The notes below the pieces were generated by a model. The model saw only the letters and a list, made by a program, of their open reading frames with translations, made no database searches and was not told the DNA's origin. This document shows, piece by piece, positions 1-13,189 of a DNA stretch of 64,000 bases. The stretch is taken from NCBI GenBank assembly GCA_028534125.1, contig CM052816.1:54438001-54502000 (forward strand). The letters run 5' to 3'. This stretch comes from Lama glama (taxonomy: Eukaryota). The position numbers and the translations under genes are program-made. How positions within the stretch are numbered: position 1 is the stretch's first letter; each line of letters starts with the position of its first letter.

Positions 1-1346
1 GGCTCTGGGGGTTGCTGTAACAATACAGTGACTAGAGAAAAGAGGCGGTGAAAAAGCCCATTAGAGACGGGAATCTTAAAAGAGAGCGTCAACCTATCAT
101 TCTTCTGAGCAATTATTTCAATTTTTTAAATGACTGAATTTTCTAAATTGGAAAGCATTTATTCAAGTAGTTCTGAGATCTTTTCTGTCTACTTTTGAGG
201 CAGTTGTTCACTGTGATTCTCTTCTGGGCATAATTCATATTTATTTTTTAACTTAAGACTTTCACAATGTCCAAGGTATCTCTCTATTTCTCAAGACTTA
301 ACACTTACAGTTCTTTCAAGGAGTTCCATCATATATAATCTGGTTGCTAAGCAACAGGGTTCTTTTGACGAACTGTCATCACAATAGAGAAGGACTGGAT
401 CTGAAAGGTACAGAGTAAAATCTTTCAAGTAAAGATACAGTCGTATAGATTATTCTACTTATTGATTCCACAAAACTTCCTACTGCCTTATTTCTTTTTG
501 GTAACCTTTTAGGCTTCATTAATGAAAAGAATAGGAAAGCATACTTCATACTGATGGTAATTAAAACTCATAAAACATGGAATACTCAAGCTTCATTAGA
601 GTCCATCTACAATCATATTAAATCCATCCACTGAGCAGTTAGGCATATGTCAATTTAAGTTAAGAGAAAAATATTTTCTTTTCCTATTATGCATTGTGTG
701 ACCAAGGATATCACTTAAGATTGCCCTTCCTGTAACGTTCAATATCAGTTTCACACCAGGACTGTGCAATTAAAATGCTAGCTGTCTCAAGCTTTTCCTC
801 TAAAACTCTTGCTCCAGTCTTCCAGGCTATCTTCAGAGGATGATGTCAAATGCAAATGTTGAAACATAACAATGTTCACTGTAAGTTGTCTTCATGCCAC
901 TGAAATTTAAAATGAATAAAATAAATATATACATGGGGCAATCTTCAGTTTCCTTTTCTCTCACTATTGGAAGATTTCTCTAAGAAGCAGAATGAAACTG
1001 TTAATATTTTGAGTGGCTTTTGCCAATAATTCTGAAGGCCGGTGCTTTGGAGATAGGAATTTGGATCTGAAGATGTGAACGAAGAAAACTGTTAAGAAAT
1101 ATGTATCAGTAACAACAAGAGGCACCTATCACAGTCAACTATTTTTCTCTCCAGCCTCACTTGTATTAATAATTAATTAGGCATCTCCACGTACCAAGTG
1201 GTACCTGACTACTGCATTGCATTATCCTTTAAAATGCATATCATTTATGGTAGGATTGCAACACACTTGGAACACTGTTTTCTTCATGATTACTTTGAGC
1301 CAAGACATTCATACATGAAAATACAAACTGCCCGCAGAAGAATGCT

Positions 1347-1487
1347 TGATGATGCCCTAACCCAGATGTTCACCCTGATGATGCCCTAACCCAGATGTTC
1401 ACCTGATGATGCCCTAACCCAGATGTTCACCTGATGATGCCCTAACCCAGATGTGCACCTGATGATGCCCTAACCCAGATGTGCACC
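1347..1487. repeat. 28-bp minisatellite, 5 copies
   Basis: Unit TGATGATGCCCTAACCCAGATGT(T/G)CACC starting at 1347, 1376, 1404, 1432 and 1460; the first copy has an extra C. Confidence 0.95.
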
Positions 1488-2559
1488 CAGCGAGTCAGGA
1501 GACTGCAGCCTGCTCCTTGCACACTGAGTAATCTGCTGGCTGCCTTTTCTTGGCCTGTGTTTATAGAAAAAAATAACTTCTATCACGTAAATGATATTTG
1601 CTCTCTAAAAGTACAATGCTTTACTCCATAAGAGGATGTGATTCCTAGGTGGAGAGACCAGACTTGGTAAAATGTGACCTCAATGAAAAGATTGAAATAT
1701 AGAATTATTTGCTCAAATTCTAATGCTTTGAAGATGGTAATAGAAAAATTAATGGAAATATTGATCAGAAATATGATTCTTTTCTACCAAAGCACCAGTT
1801 TTCAACCATTCAAAAACTTCTCACTCCTCAAAGGCTACCTCTGTTAGAAGGAAGGATAAGACAGTTATATCTACACCTCCCCCCCAAATAAATATAGTGC
1901 CAACCCCTTTGTAGTTATCTCCCAAAAGGGAAATGTGCAGAAAAGGGCTCCCCAAAGGATATTCCTCAAACAAACAACAACAAACACAATTAATAGGGCC
2001 ACCAATCTTGAATCAAAGTCAGACACTCTAATAATGGGATACTAGGAAATTAGGAACAGCTTTCCCAAGAAAGACAACTAAAAATACTGAATGAGCTATT
2101 TTACAGTATCCTCTTACAAGCCTCAAAGACGTAATTGCTACAGTGAGGCATTACCAGGCCCAATTCTAGAAGATTAGTACCCAGCAGGGTAAATGTACTA
2201 CGCAGGAGTATTTGCTAATTTAAAATAAAGAGCTGAGAAGCTGAGCTTCTTCTTTTAACAGTTTCAAGGGGAAAAGAGGACTAAAGTATCAGCCAGGGGC
2301 TACCAAAGGTGGAAAACATAGTGAACCACCCCAGGCTCATCTGTGGTCCCAACAGTGACTGGGGGAGGGAGTGACCCCCAAGGGAGCCAGCCTTGGGCAG
2401 AGTCCCAGCTAGTTTGCACCAACTAGGTCACCCAGGGAATCTCAAGTCTTGAGCTCAAATGAAGCCAGTCATCACCACAGTCCCTCACCCTTGGCAGAAG
2501 CAAAAGAAAAGCCCTGTGAAGGAAAATCAGGCACATGTGACAATATAAATGAGAAAACC

Positions 2560-4345
2560 AATAGCAACAAGAGAAACAGAGATAGCTTTCGAATATTGAA
2601 ATTATCAGTTATGGACTCGAACACAACTATACCTACAAAACTCAAACAAATTAAAAGCAAAGCCTGAATTTTCAGTAGGGAATTGGAAATGATTTTTTTA
2701 AGAAGCTGAAAAAGAACCAAATAAAAATTTTAGAATGAAAGAAAGAATAATCAAAATCAATAAATTGGTGGAAGGATTTAACAGCTAAGATACAAGTGAG
2801 CAGAGAATTAGTAAATCACAAGATGTCAGAAAAACTATGCAGAATGTATCACAGAAGAAAAGATGGAAGAGGGACAAGAGGCATGGTGGAGGCAGTGAGA
2901 ATGTCTAACATACATTCACTCAGAGTTCAGGAAGGAGAGGAGTGAGAAATGGGGGAGAAGCATCATGTAAGGAGGTCACAGCTGAGAATATTTTAGAACC
3001 AATAAAAGACATCAATCCATGGACTCAGAAGGACTAATGATTCTCAAGCAGTACAAAGAAGAAACCCCCACAGACACACATCACAGTGAAACCGGAGAAA
3101 AACAAAGATAAAATCTTATGAGAGGCCAGAGGGAAAAACAGATGACCTTCAAATGACTCATCCTCAGAGTAGACACTTTTCAGCAGAGACAAGGGAAGCT
3201 GGAAAGACAGTGGGATGATACCTCCAATATGCTGAAAGAAAATAACCACCACATCAGAATTCCCTATGCAGCAAAAATATGCTTCAAGAATGAAGGTGTC
3301 AGTGACCTAAGCATCCACTGACAGATGACTGGATAAAGAAGGTGTGGTATGTATATGTACAATGGAATATTACTCAGCCATTAAAAACAATTAAATAATG
3401 CCATTTGCAGCAACATGGATGGACATGATTATAATACTCAGCGAAGGAAATCAGACAATGGCAAGTATCATATGATGTCACTTATATGTGAACTCTAAAA
3501 TATGACACAAATTAATTTATTTACAAACCAGAAACAGATTCACAGACATAGAAAACAGACTTACGGTTGCCCAAAGGAAAGCAGGGAGGGATAAACTGGG
3601 AGTAATGGGATTAACAGATGCACACTACTATATATAAAATAGATAAATAACAAAGATTTACTGTATAGCACAGGGAACAATATTCAATACCTTGTTATAA
3701 ACTATAATGGAAAAGAATAAAAATATATATATGTACAACCAAATCACTTTGCTATACACATAAAACACAATACTGGAAATCAACTATAATTCAATTTATA
3801 AAAAGAATAAATGTGCAATAAAAATATTATTTAAAAAAAAGCAGAGTTTGCCAAAGAAGACCCACACCAAAGGGGTTAAGGGGTATTCCTCAAGCAGAGG
3901 AAAAATGATTCCAGGTGGAAGGAATATAAAAAGGAGTAACACACAAAAGGGACATATGTGTGTCAACCCAAACAATACAGACTGCAGAATGCACTTACAG
4001 TATCTCACGAGGCTTACCATACACAACACACAAGACAGCAACAGCATGTGAGCCAAAAGGGGAGATAAACCCTCTATGCTCTTGGAGGCAGGAGCAGTGC
4101 TAATTCATTTTAGACTTTGATAAGTTAGAGGTGCATGTTCTATTTTCTCTGGTAACCAAGTAAAGAAACACATTAGCGGGAGGGAGGGATCAAATGATTT
4201 TTTTAAAATATAATCCATCTAAAAGAAGGCAAGAAAGGAGTGAAACATAAAACAGATGAGATAAACAGAAAATAAAACAAAACAAAAAGTGGTAGATTTT
4301 GACCCAAATATATCAAATTACATTAAAATATAAATAGACTAAAAA
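2560..4345 (+). mobile_element. Old L1 ORF1-region relic, interrupted by a younger L1 3' end
   Basis: A-rich decayed ORF1-like sequence (e.g. gaattccctatgcagcaaaaatatgcttcaagaatgaaggtg) that resumes after ~3815. Confidence 0.65.
3299..3802 (+). mobile_element. 5'-truncated L1 3' end (cetartiodactyl type)
   Basis: Typical L1 ORF2-end/3'UTR motifs (aatggaatattactcagccatt...ccatttgcagcaacatggatgg...ctgtatagcacagggaac...aatcaactataattcaat). Flanked by a degenerate TSD, aagaatgaaggtg / aagaataaatgtg. Confidence 0.85.
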
Positions 4346-4989
4346 GAAAGTTTGTATGGAATCACAGAGCTTTAAAACTCACAGAGGCTATAAAGTTTTT
4401 CTAAATTCCAAAGTTCATCTCAATCTCCAGTTTAACCCCGCTATTAGGGTAACATTTAAACTCCTTAGCATGGCCCCTTGTGAGGATTAACACAATCCTA
4501 TCCTGCCTCATTTTTTTATCCCTCATGGCACTCCCGTGGCCACCACACAGGACAGGGCAGCTATAGATCCCCCCAGGGGCTGTTAAATATTCAGTAAAAT
4601 CTAAAAGAGGAGAAGAACTTTAATGATACTGTATGGTTCGAGATTATCTTGGTAAATTAATCACTTGAAATATCCTGTTACTGGATAATGAACCTCAACC
4701 AGCTATGATGCAATTTCACAAGAGCAGAATCACGTCTGTTGCACTCATTTTTGTGTACTTGATACCAAACACGGTGCCTGGCACATAACAGGTGCCCAGC
4801 GGACACTGACCGTGTGAACTGTGTTAATGTGCGACTCGGCTCAACTAATGATTCTCATGGGCTCACATTAACTTCTAAGTACAGGAATGAGAGGTGACAG
4901 CTGGAACATGCTAATACCAGTCAGTATTCACCACCTCCTCTGGACGGGACCACCACCATGGCCATCACCATCCTAGCTGATTGCCTGTA

Positions 4990-5210
4990 GTTCTTTTTAC
5001 AAGCAAGGCCCTGTTCCTAGAAATCTTTCACATATTGAATCATTTAATACTCCTAAGAACCTGGTGAGATAGGTACTATTACCATTGCATTTTATAAAAC
5101 AAGGAAACTGAGGCACAGAAAAGTTAAGAATAACTTGCTCAAGGTCACAAAGCAAACAAATGACAGAGCTGGGATATGGCCCTGAGTGGTCTGACTCCGA
5201 AGTCCATGCT
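4990..5210 (-). mobile_element. MIR SINE
   Basis: Reverse MIR core: aaggaaactgaggcacagaaaagttaag...acttgctcaaggtcaca. Confidence 0.8.
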
Positions 5211-6769
5211 CTCAGCTGCGATTGCTGACAGCTTCCCCAGCCATCAACGTTGTCCGTAAGAACCCGTAATGTGGCTGAATGATGTTACTAAAGATGGCTG
5301 TTTCATCAGGAGTACCTATATTATGCACTGTTAGAACCTGACCCAAGAAGAAAATACATCTCACAATGTGCAGCCAAAATGCACTTGCAGAATCATGGCA
5401 GGTCTCCTGTAGCCTTTCACCTCTTCTCTCTGCACCCTGAAGAGGGAACTCGGTGGCCCAGGACACACGGCTTGTTCTCTGCAGATGTCAGGGAAGCCGC
5501 AGCCCACCGGTGGCCCAGGCTGAGAAGTCAGCACGAGAACGATTATGAATCATTCAAAACTGTAAAGAGACTGAGACGTCCCACACCCCACCCAGATTAC
5601 GGACCTTGGAGAGGTGGCTATTGCTGGGCTGGCAAGAATGCAGAGGCTGTTTTCACATAAGAAAGCAAGAAACCTCCTCTGCTTTCACTCCAGGAGAGTC
5701 AAGTCGATGAAGAGGGGAAGGCACCTCAGAACCTCAAGAGGACTTGTTCTTTAAGCAGCAAAGCTGGACACCTTACCCAGGTCCCCATCCTCACAGCTCA
5801 GCGGCCCACCTCTCCCCTGAATCACCAGAGAGGGAGCAAGGGGAGGGGAGGAACTGGGCCCCATCAACAGGGAGCAAGGATTTCTGACTCACACGACCTT
5901 GTTTCAATTCCCAACTTTAAAGGAGAAAAACCTTGAACAAGTTCTTTTACCACTGTGTATTCATTTGTATCTGCCTCACAAGGTTGCTGTGAAGACAAAA
6001 ACACAATAAACCCACTAAAGAGCCCAGCACGGAGCCTGACATGGAGCAGACGTGCAATATATGTGAATTTCTTAGACCCCTTCCAGTCTGCCCGCTCTTA
6101 CCCTTAGATAACACTTTTATTGTGTTGTTTGTGTTCATGATGTTTTCTGCTTTAAATGGAGGCACTCAAGGAAAGCAGTGAGGTAGTAATTATATAGTGA
6201 GGCCGTGTGCACACAGCCTGACCAACAGAAGGAAGCTCTGTACACATCTTCTGATGCAAGGCCTGCACCAGCTTGTAATTGCTGTTTTTGTTTTCACAAA
6301 CCTTTATGTTTTCCAAAGAATCCAATCCAAGCCTGCAGACACGTCAGCCAAATGAGTTCTTTTGTGCTGAACACTTGCCCCCAGAACTGAATTCCTCTCA
6401 TTTTCATCAGTGGAAAATGAAGTGTTTGTAAAGTGGCATGCTTCAGGGGACCAAAAGCCAGAGGCCTGACGGCCGATACATCTGCACGGTGGGAAGGCCT
6501 TCCCCAGTTCTCCTGACATGACCTAGTAATTGCTGCAAATGCGACATGCTGGGTCCCACACATCTCTGAGACAGCCATTACTTCAGAAAATGCTGCCAGG
6601 TAAATTAAGGACAGAGATAAGCCTTAGTTCTAAATTGTCTTCACTGCTGCTGCTTGAGTGACAGCACTTGACACTGAGCCCTTCTTCTGCCATGTGGAAG
6701 ATGTGGCCAAGACGGGTCAGAGAATCTGAGCCATGTCCTTAAGTTTACACAGCCCTGCCAAAGAGTCAA

Positions 6770-6905
6770 AGGCCTGGGCTGGGGTCCGACTTTGCCTCTC
6801 ATATGCTGTGTGGCCTTGGACAACTCATTCAACCTCTCGGAGCCCAAATTTCCTTCCCTCTCACAGTAACACAGCACAGCTATGAGAATTAAGGAGTTTA
6901 TGCTA
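6770..6905 (+). mobile_element. MIR SINE fragment
   Basis: gctgtgtggccttggacaactcattcaacctctcggagcccaaatttcct resembles the MIR core. Confidence 0.65.
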
Positions 6906-7102
6906 TACTTTTTGTATAGAAAAGAATTAAATGCAGTTTTTCCTGTTGTAAAAATATGGACTACTATACCTGCTACTTATTTGGATATAATTTACTAACT
7001 GTTAGTGGCATCATTTGGTGAATTCTGCTTCTGTCGTTGAAGATGTAAAGACCTTTCCAGCCAGATCCTAGTATGTCAATGGGAGAATACTGAGAAATGG
7101 TG

Positions 7103-7472
7103 TGTATCAGTCAGCTCAGGGCACAGTAACAAAAACCACAGACTAGGTGGAGCAAAGAACAGCAATTTACTGTCTTGCAGTTTTGGAGGCTGGGAAATCC
7201 ATTTTCAAGGTGCCATCAGGTTTGTTTTCTGGCAAGAATCCTCTTGTTGGCCTACCACCTTCTCACTGTGTCCTGACATGGCAGAGGGGGTCAGCAAACA
7301 CTCTGGTCTCCCATCTGACATGGACACCAGTTCTACTGTATCAGGGCTCCACCATTATGACCATATTTAACTTTACTCACCTCCCTAAAGACCCCAACTC
7401 CAACAGAGTCATGGTGGGGGAAAGGGCTTCAACACAGGAAGGGGACAGCAGGGCACAATTCAGTCCACAGCA
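7103..7472 (-). mobile_element. MaLR (MLT1-type) solo LTR
   Basis: tgtatcagtcagctcagg...cagttttggaggctgggaaatcc...tcaaggtgccatcagg...aattcagtccacagca matches the reverse MLT1 consensus, with TG...CA termini. Confidence 0.8.
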
Positions 7473-9049
7473 CCATGTTTGATGTGTGACTTTCCAGAGA
7501 TTTTCTGGCATACCTAGACATCCCTTTCCCCATAGACAAACAGGATTCTGCAAGTGCATCCAAGGTCCTGTCTGGGTGGCTATAAAGCCCTGGCTTCATC
7601 ACAGAGTGGACATGGAGTCTTTTCCTGTAGTGATGATGTAGAGTGGGGTGCGGAAGTTTGTGTCACCAAGGCCAGTGATCAGGTTGGGGATGGGGAAGAA
7701 ATAGCACCTCACTAAGCAAGCTAACTTAATTTGGGGTTTCAATTTGATTACTGAGGATATAAAGTGTCCCACTGAGCATACAGCTATGCTCTCTGTCTGA
7801 ACAGAAAGCTCCCAGTTCCTCAGCACCCTGGCCAAACAGTAACGGTAATGACTTCAATCAATACTGGTTGGGAACTGACCACAACCCTGGCACTGTTCTA
7901 GGCCCTTGGGATCCAACCATGAATAAAACAGGCAATAATCCCTGCTTTGGGAGAGCCAGCAGTCTGGTTAAAGCTTATCACCTCTTCATCTTCCATCCCT
8001 ACCCAGAACGTTCTTTAGTTTCAGAGTCAGAGCCAGGTTTGGAAGCCTAGAGAGAGACTAACTTTGGGAACGTTGCCTCACCTCTCTGCACCTGTGTGTG
8101 CAGCTGGCCGGTGGGGGAAGGGCAGGCGTGGCCTATGTGCTGTTAACCCAAGTACCACCATGTGAGCAACATGCCTTGGATTTTTCTCTGTTTGGTTGCT
8201 TGGAACCTCAGACTTTCCTGCATGGGTCCCTGGACAGCATATTATAGGCATGGGGGAATAAGGAAGCCAAGGGAAGGAGACAGAAAGGAACCACAGTTGT
8301 CAGCCTGAGGACAGTATTTCTACCTTAATTGAGGGAAATCAAATCTCTACAGAACACTGGCACCCAGGGATGGGAAGGGACATGTTTTAGCCTAGACTCA
8401 GGAGGACTCAGCCCAAGTGTCCTGACACCCCTCCCCAAGACAAGCACAGTGCAATCTTCAGGGATTTTGTGAAGATTAATGATGTTGTGAGCAGAACACT
8501 TAGCCTCAGACCTGGCATGAGGCACGTGCTCCATATAAGTGGTCCTGATGACTGTGCGGGGCAGCCCTCACACAGGACACATGCCCAGGAAGTATGGCCC
8601 TATCTCCCCACTGGAATGAGGGTCATGGCTGTGGCCTCATAGGGCCATTGGGGATGCAGTCATAGTGATATGATATAGAGAGAGGTCCATAAGAGAACAA
8701 CAGAGCCCAAGCTGGGGAGACTGAGGACTCCAGCATATGACTGAAAGGCCAGCATCACAACTCTGAATGGGCCCGGAAGGAGAGCCAAGAGCCTCATGGA
8801 AGGGCCAGGGTGGGGAGCTGCTGGCCCAGGAGGAAGAAGGGAAAGGTATGCCTGGGGTCGGGGGCAGGCACCAGGGCCTGTGCTGGGGCCAGGTCTCAGG
8901 CGGCCAGAGGGTCTCATAATTCTGAGGGTGGGGCACTACCCAGAGACACCAAGTTTTGGGGGCTACAAGGGCCCTATCGTACTTGGCCTAGAGAAAATGT
9001 CCATGACACAGGCTGGACATCGATCATCTTTCTGTGTATTATGTGTATA

Positions 9050-9250
9050 TGTAAAGCACTGGTTAAGTGTTTTGCATATAAATACAATCTATATAACAAC
9101 CTATGAGGTGGGAATTATTATTATTCCCATTTTACAGTTGCAGAAATGGAAGCACAGACAGGTAAAGCAATTAGCCTAAGGTCACACAGGTGGTAACGGA
9201 TGGAGTTGAAATCAAACCCAGAGTCCGAGGTGCTCTTACCAGGAAGTACA
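9050..9250 (-). mobile_element. MIR SINE
   Basis: acaacctatgaggtgggaattattattattcccattttacag...gcctaaggtcacacag. Confidence 0.8.
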
Positions 9251-9337
9251 CCATGCTGCTCACTGCCTCTCTCTCCCATATAAAGCTTAGTTCCTCTCCT
9301 CAAAAAGCTCATCGTTTTCCAATCTTCTCCAATAGAC

Positions 9338-9668
9338 CACAGGCGGGCACTTTTTCTGTAAAGGGCCCAACAATAAACATTTCTGGTTTTGCAGGCCACT
9401 TGATCTCTGTGGAAACTACAGCACTCTGCCATTGTAGTGGGGAATCAGCCACAGATAACACAGAATGAATGAGTGTGACTGTGTTTCAACAGAACATTAT
9501 TCATGTTCACTGAAACTTGAATTCCATATAATTTTCACCTGTCACAAAAATGTTCTTCTATTTTTTTCCAACTATTCAAAGAATGTAGAAGTCTTTCTTC
9601 AGCCATGAGCTGTACTACAACAGGCAGCGAGCTGGATGAGGTCCTCGGCCACAGGTCGCAGACCCCTG
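9338..9668. mobile_element. MER58B-like hAT-Charlie DNA transposon
   Basis: actttttctgtaaagggcc...actacagcactctgccattgtagt...aattttcacctgtcacaaaaat...gcagacccctg. Confidence 0.8.
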
Positions 9669-9944
9669 CAATGGGCGCACCTAAGTCCAGGACGCCCTGC
9701 GCCATTCCCCTCCCTGACCTCGGAGGGCTGGGAGTCCCCACGAGCAACCAGACTGTCCTGGGCCCCACCTCTCACACAGGCCCTGATGCCCACAGGCCTA
9801 GTGATACACTCAGCCTTCTTAGATCGGCAAGGCGGCCTTCTTAGATCAAGCATGTGGTGCAGCCAATCCACTCAATGACCTGAAATGCACTGTTATTTCT
9901 ATATTAAGACCAACTGAAGAGGAAAGAAAAAAAGTAATGGAGCA

Positions 9945-10333
9945 TCACTCATCATCAGGGAAATGCAATCAAAACCACAATGAGACATCACCTCACAACT
10001 GTCAGAACGGCTCTCATCAAAAAGAACACAAATAACAAATGTTGGTGAGGATGTGGAAAGAAGGGAACCCTTATACACGGTTGGTGGGAATGTAAACTAG
10101 TGCAGCCACTAAGAAGGAGAGTTTAGTATGGAGGTTTCTCCAAAAACTAAAAATAGAACTACCAAAGGATCCGGCAATTTATACCACTTCTGGGTATATA
10201 TCCCACAAAAACAAGAACATTAATTCTAAAAGATACATGCACCCCAATGTTTATAGCAGCATTATTTACAATTGCCAAGATATGGAAACAACCTAAGGGT
10301 TCATCAACAAATGAATGGATAAAAAAATATGTG

Positions 10334-10366
<33 letters not shown>

Positions 10367-10745
10367 ATGGAATAGTACTCAATCACAAAAAAAGAATGAA
10401 TTTTCCATTTGCAGCAACATGGATGGACTTGGAGGGCATTATGCTCAGGGAAATAAGTCAGACAGAGAAAAGACAAATATTGTATAATATCACTTATATG
10501 TAGAAACTAAAAAAAACCAACAAACTAGTGAACAAAACAAAAAAGCAGCAGACTCAGATATAGAGAACAAACCAGTAGTTTATCAGTGTTGGGGGGAAGG
10601 TGGAGGTACAAACTGTGTGAAGTGTAAGACAGGCTCAGAGGTGTATTGTACAACACAGGGACTATAACCAGTGTTTTGTAATAACTATAAATGGAAAGTA
10701 ACCTTTAAAATTTTATGAAAAATAAAAAATTTTTTTAAACTTAAA
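9945..10745 (+). mobile_element. L1 3' end (ORF2 C-terminus and 3'UTR) with an internal (CA)n microsatellite at ~10335-10365
   Basis: catcagggaaatgcaatcaaaaccacaatgagacatcacctcaca...ggttggtgggaatgtaaactagtgcagccact...gcagcaacatggatggacttggagggc, followed by an A-rich tail. Confidence 0.9.
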
Positions 10746-12445
10746 AAGAAATGTATCCAGTCTCTTCTAATGGTTTACACATGGATTCACTGAAGACAGC
10801 TCTAGGACCCCCGCTATTTTGTTTGTTTTGGTCTAATATCCCACACAACTAGTGTCCTTTGAAAACTACTTTAAAACATGCTGATGTGAACGAAATACAA
10901 TTAGTCACTGTCTGTTATCTTCTCCTTAAGTGCCTTTGCCAATGACATCTGGTCACATTTCTTTTCTCTACTTCTCTGTGTAATTAAGGGCCCCGCACCA
11001 ACGTTTTCTCTCCTTTACTAGATAATTTCAGTGTGAAAAAATAAAAGCCAATACCTTCAATTAAAATAGCCCAATCTCTTACCCTGTGTAATTTTAAAAC
11101 TTTCCACATGTCTTTGTAACAGACATGGACTCCTCCAGCCTTCGATCTGCCGTGAAGATCTCAGAAGAGGTTCAACACCTTCCTCTTCAGAACTCTCATT
11201 TTTGTCATAACCCAGGCTTGTCTCTCCAGAACCCTCTTCCACTGGGGTGGCTTTTAAAGTGTGTTTATTCATCCCTGCTACTGGCCCTTTATCCCCTGGG
11301 AACGTGATATTTTGTACCAGGTACTCAAGGAGAAGACCCCAACAGCATCACTTGGACTTCAGTCCAACCAAGTGCATCCAAATTTAAGTGGTTTTGCTTC
11401 CTTCACCAGTACCTTTTCTGTGATCCTTCCATTTCAACACGCTTTCCAGTGACAGCACAGAAGTCAAAATAAGGCCATTTTTCACATTTTGTTTTAGTCA
11501 GTCAACTGAGAGTTTTTCAGAAGGGCAATTTAATATTAATTAAAACTCAGGGCTCACAGGAGGGCTTGTAGACCAGATTCAACTCACATAGAAAGAAAAT
11601 AAGCGTAACCCACAGCATAACCTGGTGCCCTTCTGCCCTGTTACTGGTCAAATGATCCTGCGCCAACATCTTCTCCATCACTGGGGGCTAGTTATTAACA
11701 TATTTCTAGTCAAATATTCAACATAAAATGTTATAACCACACTAAAAAATTATTCAAAACCATTTGAGTTTCAATTAACTAAGCAAACAATTATGTAAAA
11801 TTTTATGCAAATGACCAAATGTGTGAAAGGAAATAAAGAAAAATATTAATTCTTACCTCTAAAAGCTCCCTGATTTGCATTTCCACAAAATAAAAAGATT
11901 TTGCCTTTCAAATACAGATTTCCAAATATGGAGGAATGAAATATTTAAGAAACCTTTTGAATATTACAGAGTTATACCCAGACAGCATTTTGATAAGTAT
12001 GTATGCAAAACTTCCTAAGACGTGACCAGATTGCTATTCATTTCAGTAAACGTGCACTGTTTTTTTTTTTTAATGTAAAAATGAAGAATGAAGAAGAGAA
12101 GAGTCAGACAGTTGCAAACAGGAATTGCCAACAACAGAGGAGATGGCAGCCACTTTCCACTTTTACTCCGGAAAAAGTGGTCTTTTTTGAGGGCAGTCAG
12201 TAGCACAGCAGCCCCAGAGGGGCAGCTCTAGGATGAAACACCCAGAATACCAGGTAATATACTGACTGTAACTCCAGCACACATGCATCATTGCTCTTCT
12301 TTGGTTAAGTGCTGAAAGTAGCCCATGACAACATTCAAGTGTTTGTTCAAATACTTTCATTGGCAGAAAAATCACAGTTCAAAGTGTATTGTTCTTGAAT
12401 CTCAAGGAATAACCTTAATTGATGCTCAATATGAATCGAAATGTT

Positions 12446-12523
12446 GAGAGTCCAACAACAGATAAAAAAGATTATACATCATGACCAAGTGGGGTTCATC
12501 CCAGGGACACAAGGCTGGTTCAA
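12446..12523 (+). mobile_element. Young L1 ORF2 reverse-transcriptase fragment running into an assembly gap
   Basis: Translates as QQQIKKIIHHDQVGFIPGTQGWF, a hallmark L1 RT segment. An A run follows the gap at 13024. Confidence 0.9.
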
Positions 12524-13023
12524 NNNNNNNNNNNNNNNNNNNNNNNNNNNNNNNNNNNNNNNNNNNNNNNNNNNNNNNNNNNNNNNNNNNNNNNNNNNNN
12601 NNNNNNNNNNNNNNNNNNNNNNNNNNNNNNNNNNNNNNNNNNNNNNNNNNNNNNNNNNNNNNNNNNNNNNNNNNNNNNNNNNNNNNNNNNNNNNNNNNNN
12701 NNNNNNNNNNNNNNNNNNNNNNNNNNNNNNNNNNNNNNNNNNNNNNNNNNNNNNNNNNNNNNNNNNNNNNNNNNNNNNNNNNNNNNNNNNNNNNNNNNNN
12801 NNNNNNNNNNNNNNNNNNNNNNNNNNNNNNNNNNNNNNNNNNNNNNNNNNNNNNNNNNNNNNNNNNNNNNNNNNNNNNNNNNNNNNNNNNNNNNNNNNNN
12901 NNNNNNNNNNNNNNNNNNNNNNNNNNNNNNNNNNNNNNNNNNNNNNNNNNNNNNNNNNNNNNNNNNNNNNNNNNNNNNNNNNNNNNNNNNNNNNNNNNNN
13001 NNNNNNNNNNNNNNNNNNNNNNN
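12524..13023. other. Assembly gap (500 N)
   Basis: Run of N. Confidence 1.
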
Positions 13024-13189
13024 AAAAAAAAGACTATATTACTATTTTACAGTTTAAGAGAACTTAAGGGCCCCATGAAATTCTCTATATGATAGCTAGA
13101 AGTTAATGCCCCAAAGCAGATAAAAAGGCCTTTCTGGGGAAAAAAAATTATTTTACTATTGTACTAAAAAAAAATAGACTTCATAATAT

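Noticed and set aside
1347..1487. Repeat array as a CRISPR array or C/D-box snoRNA cluster (TGATGA/CTGA motifs)
   Set aside because: Units are head-to-tail with no unique spacers, the context is eukaryotic, and the units are too short and lack terminal stems for snoRNAs.
12205..12230. CTCF-like motif gccccagaggggcagc
   Set aside because: The spacing does not fit the core consensus (extra G); not supportable without a PWM scan.
12441..13092. ~200-aa ORFs spanning N runs (also at 37158-37902 and 53697-54341)
   Set aside because: Their length comes from translated Ns; the real parts are L1/L2 fragments or unremarkable flanks.
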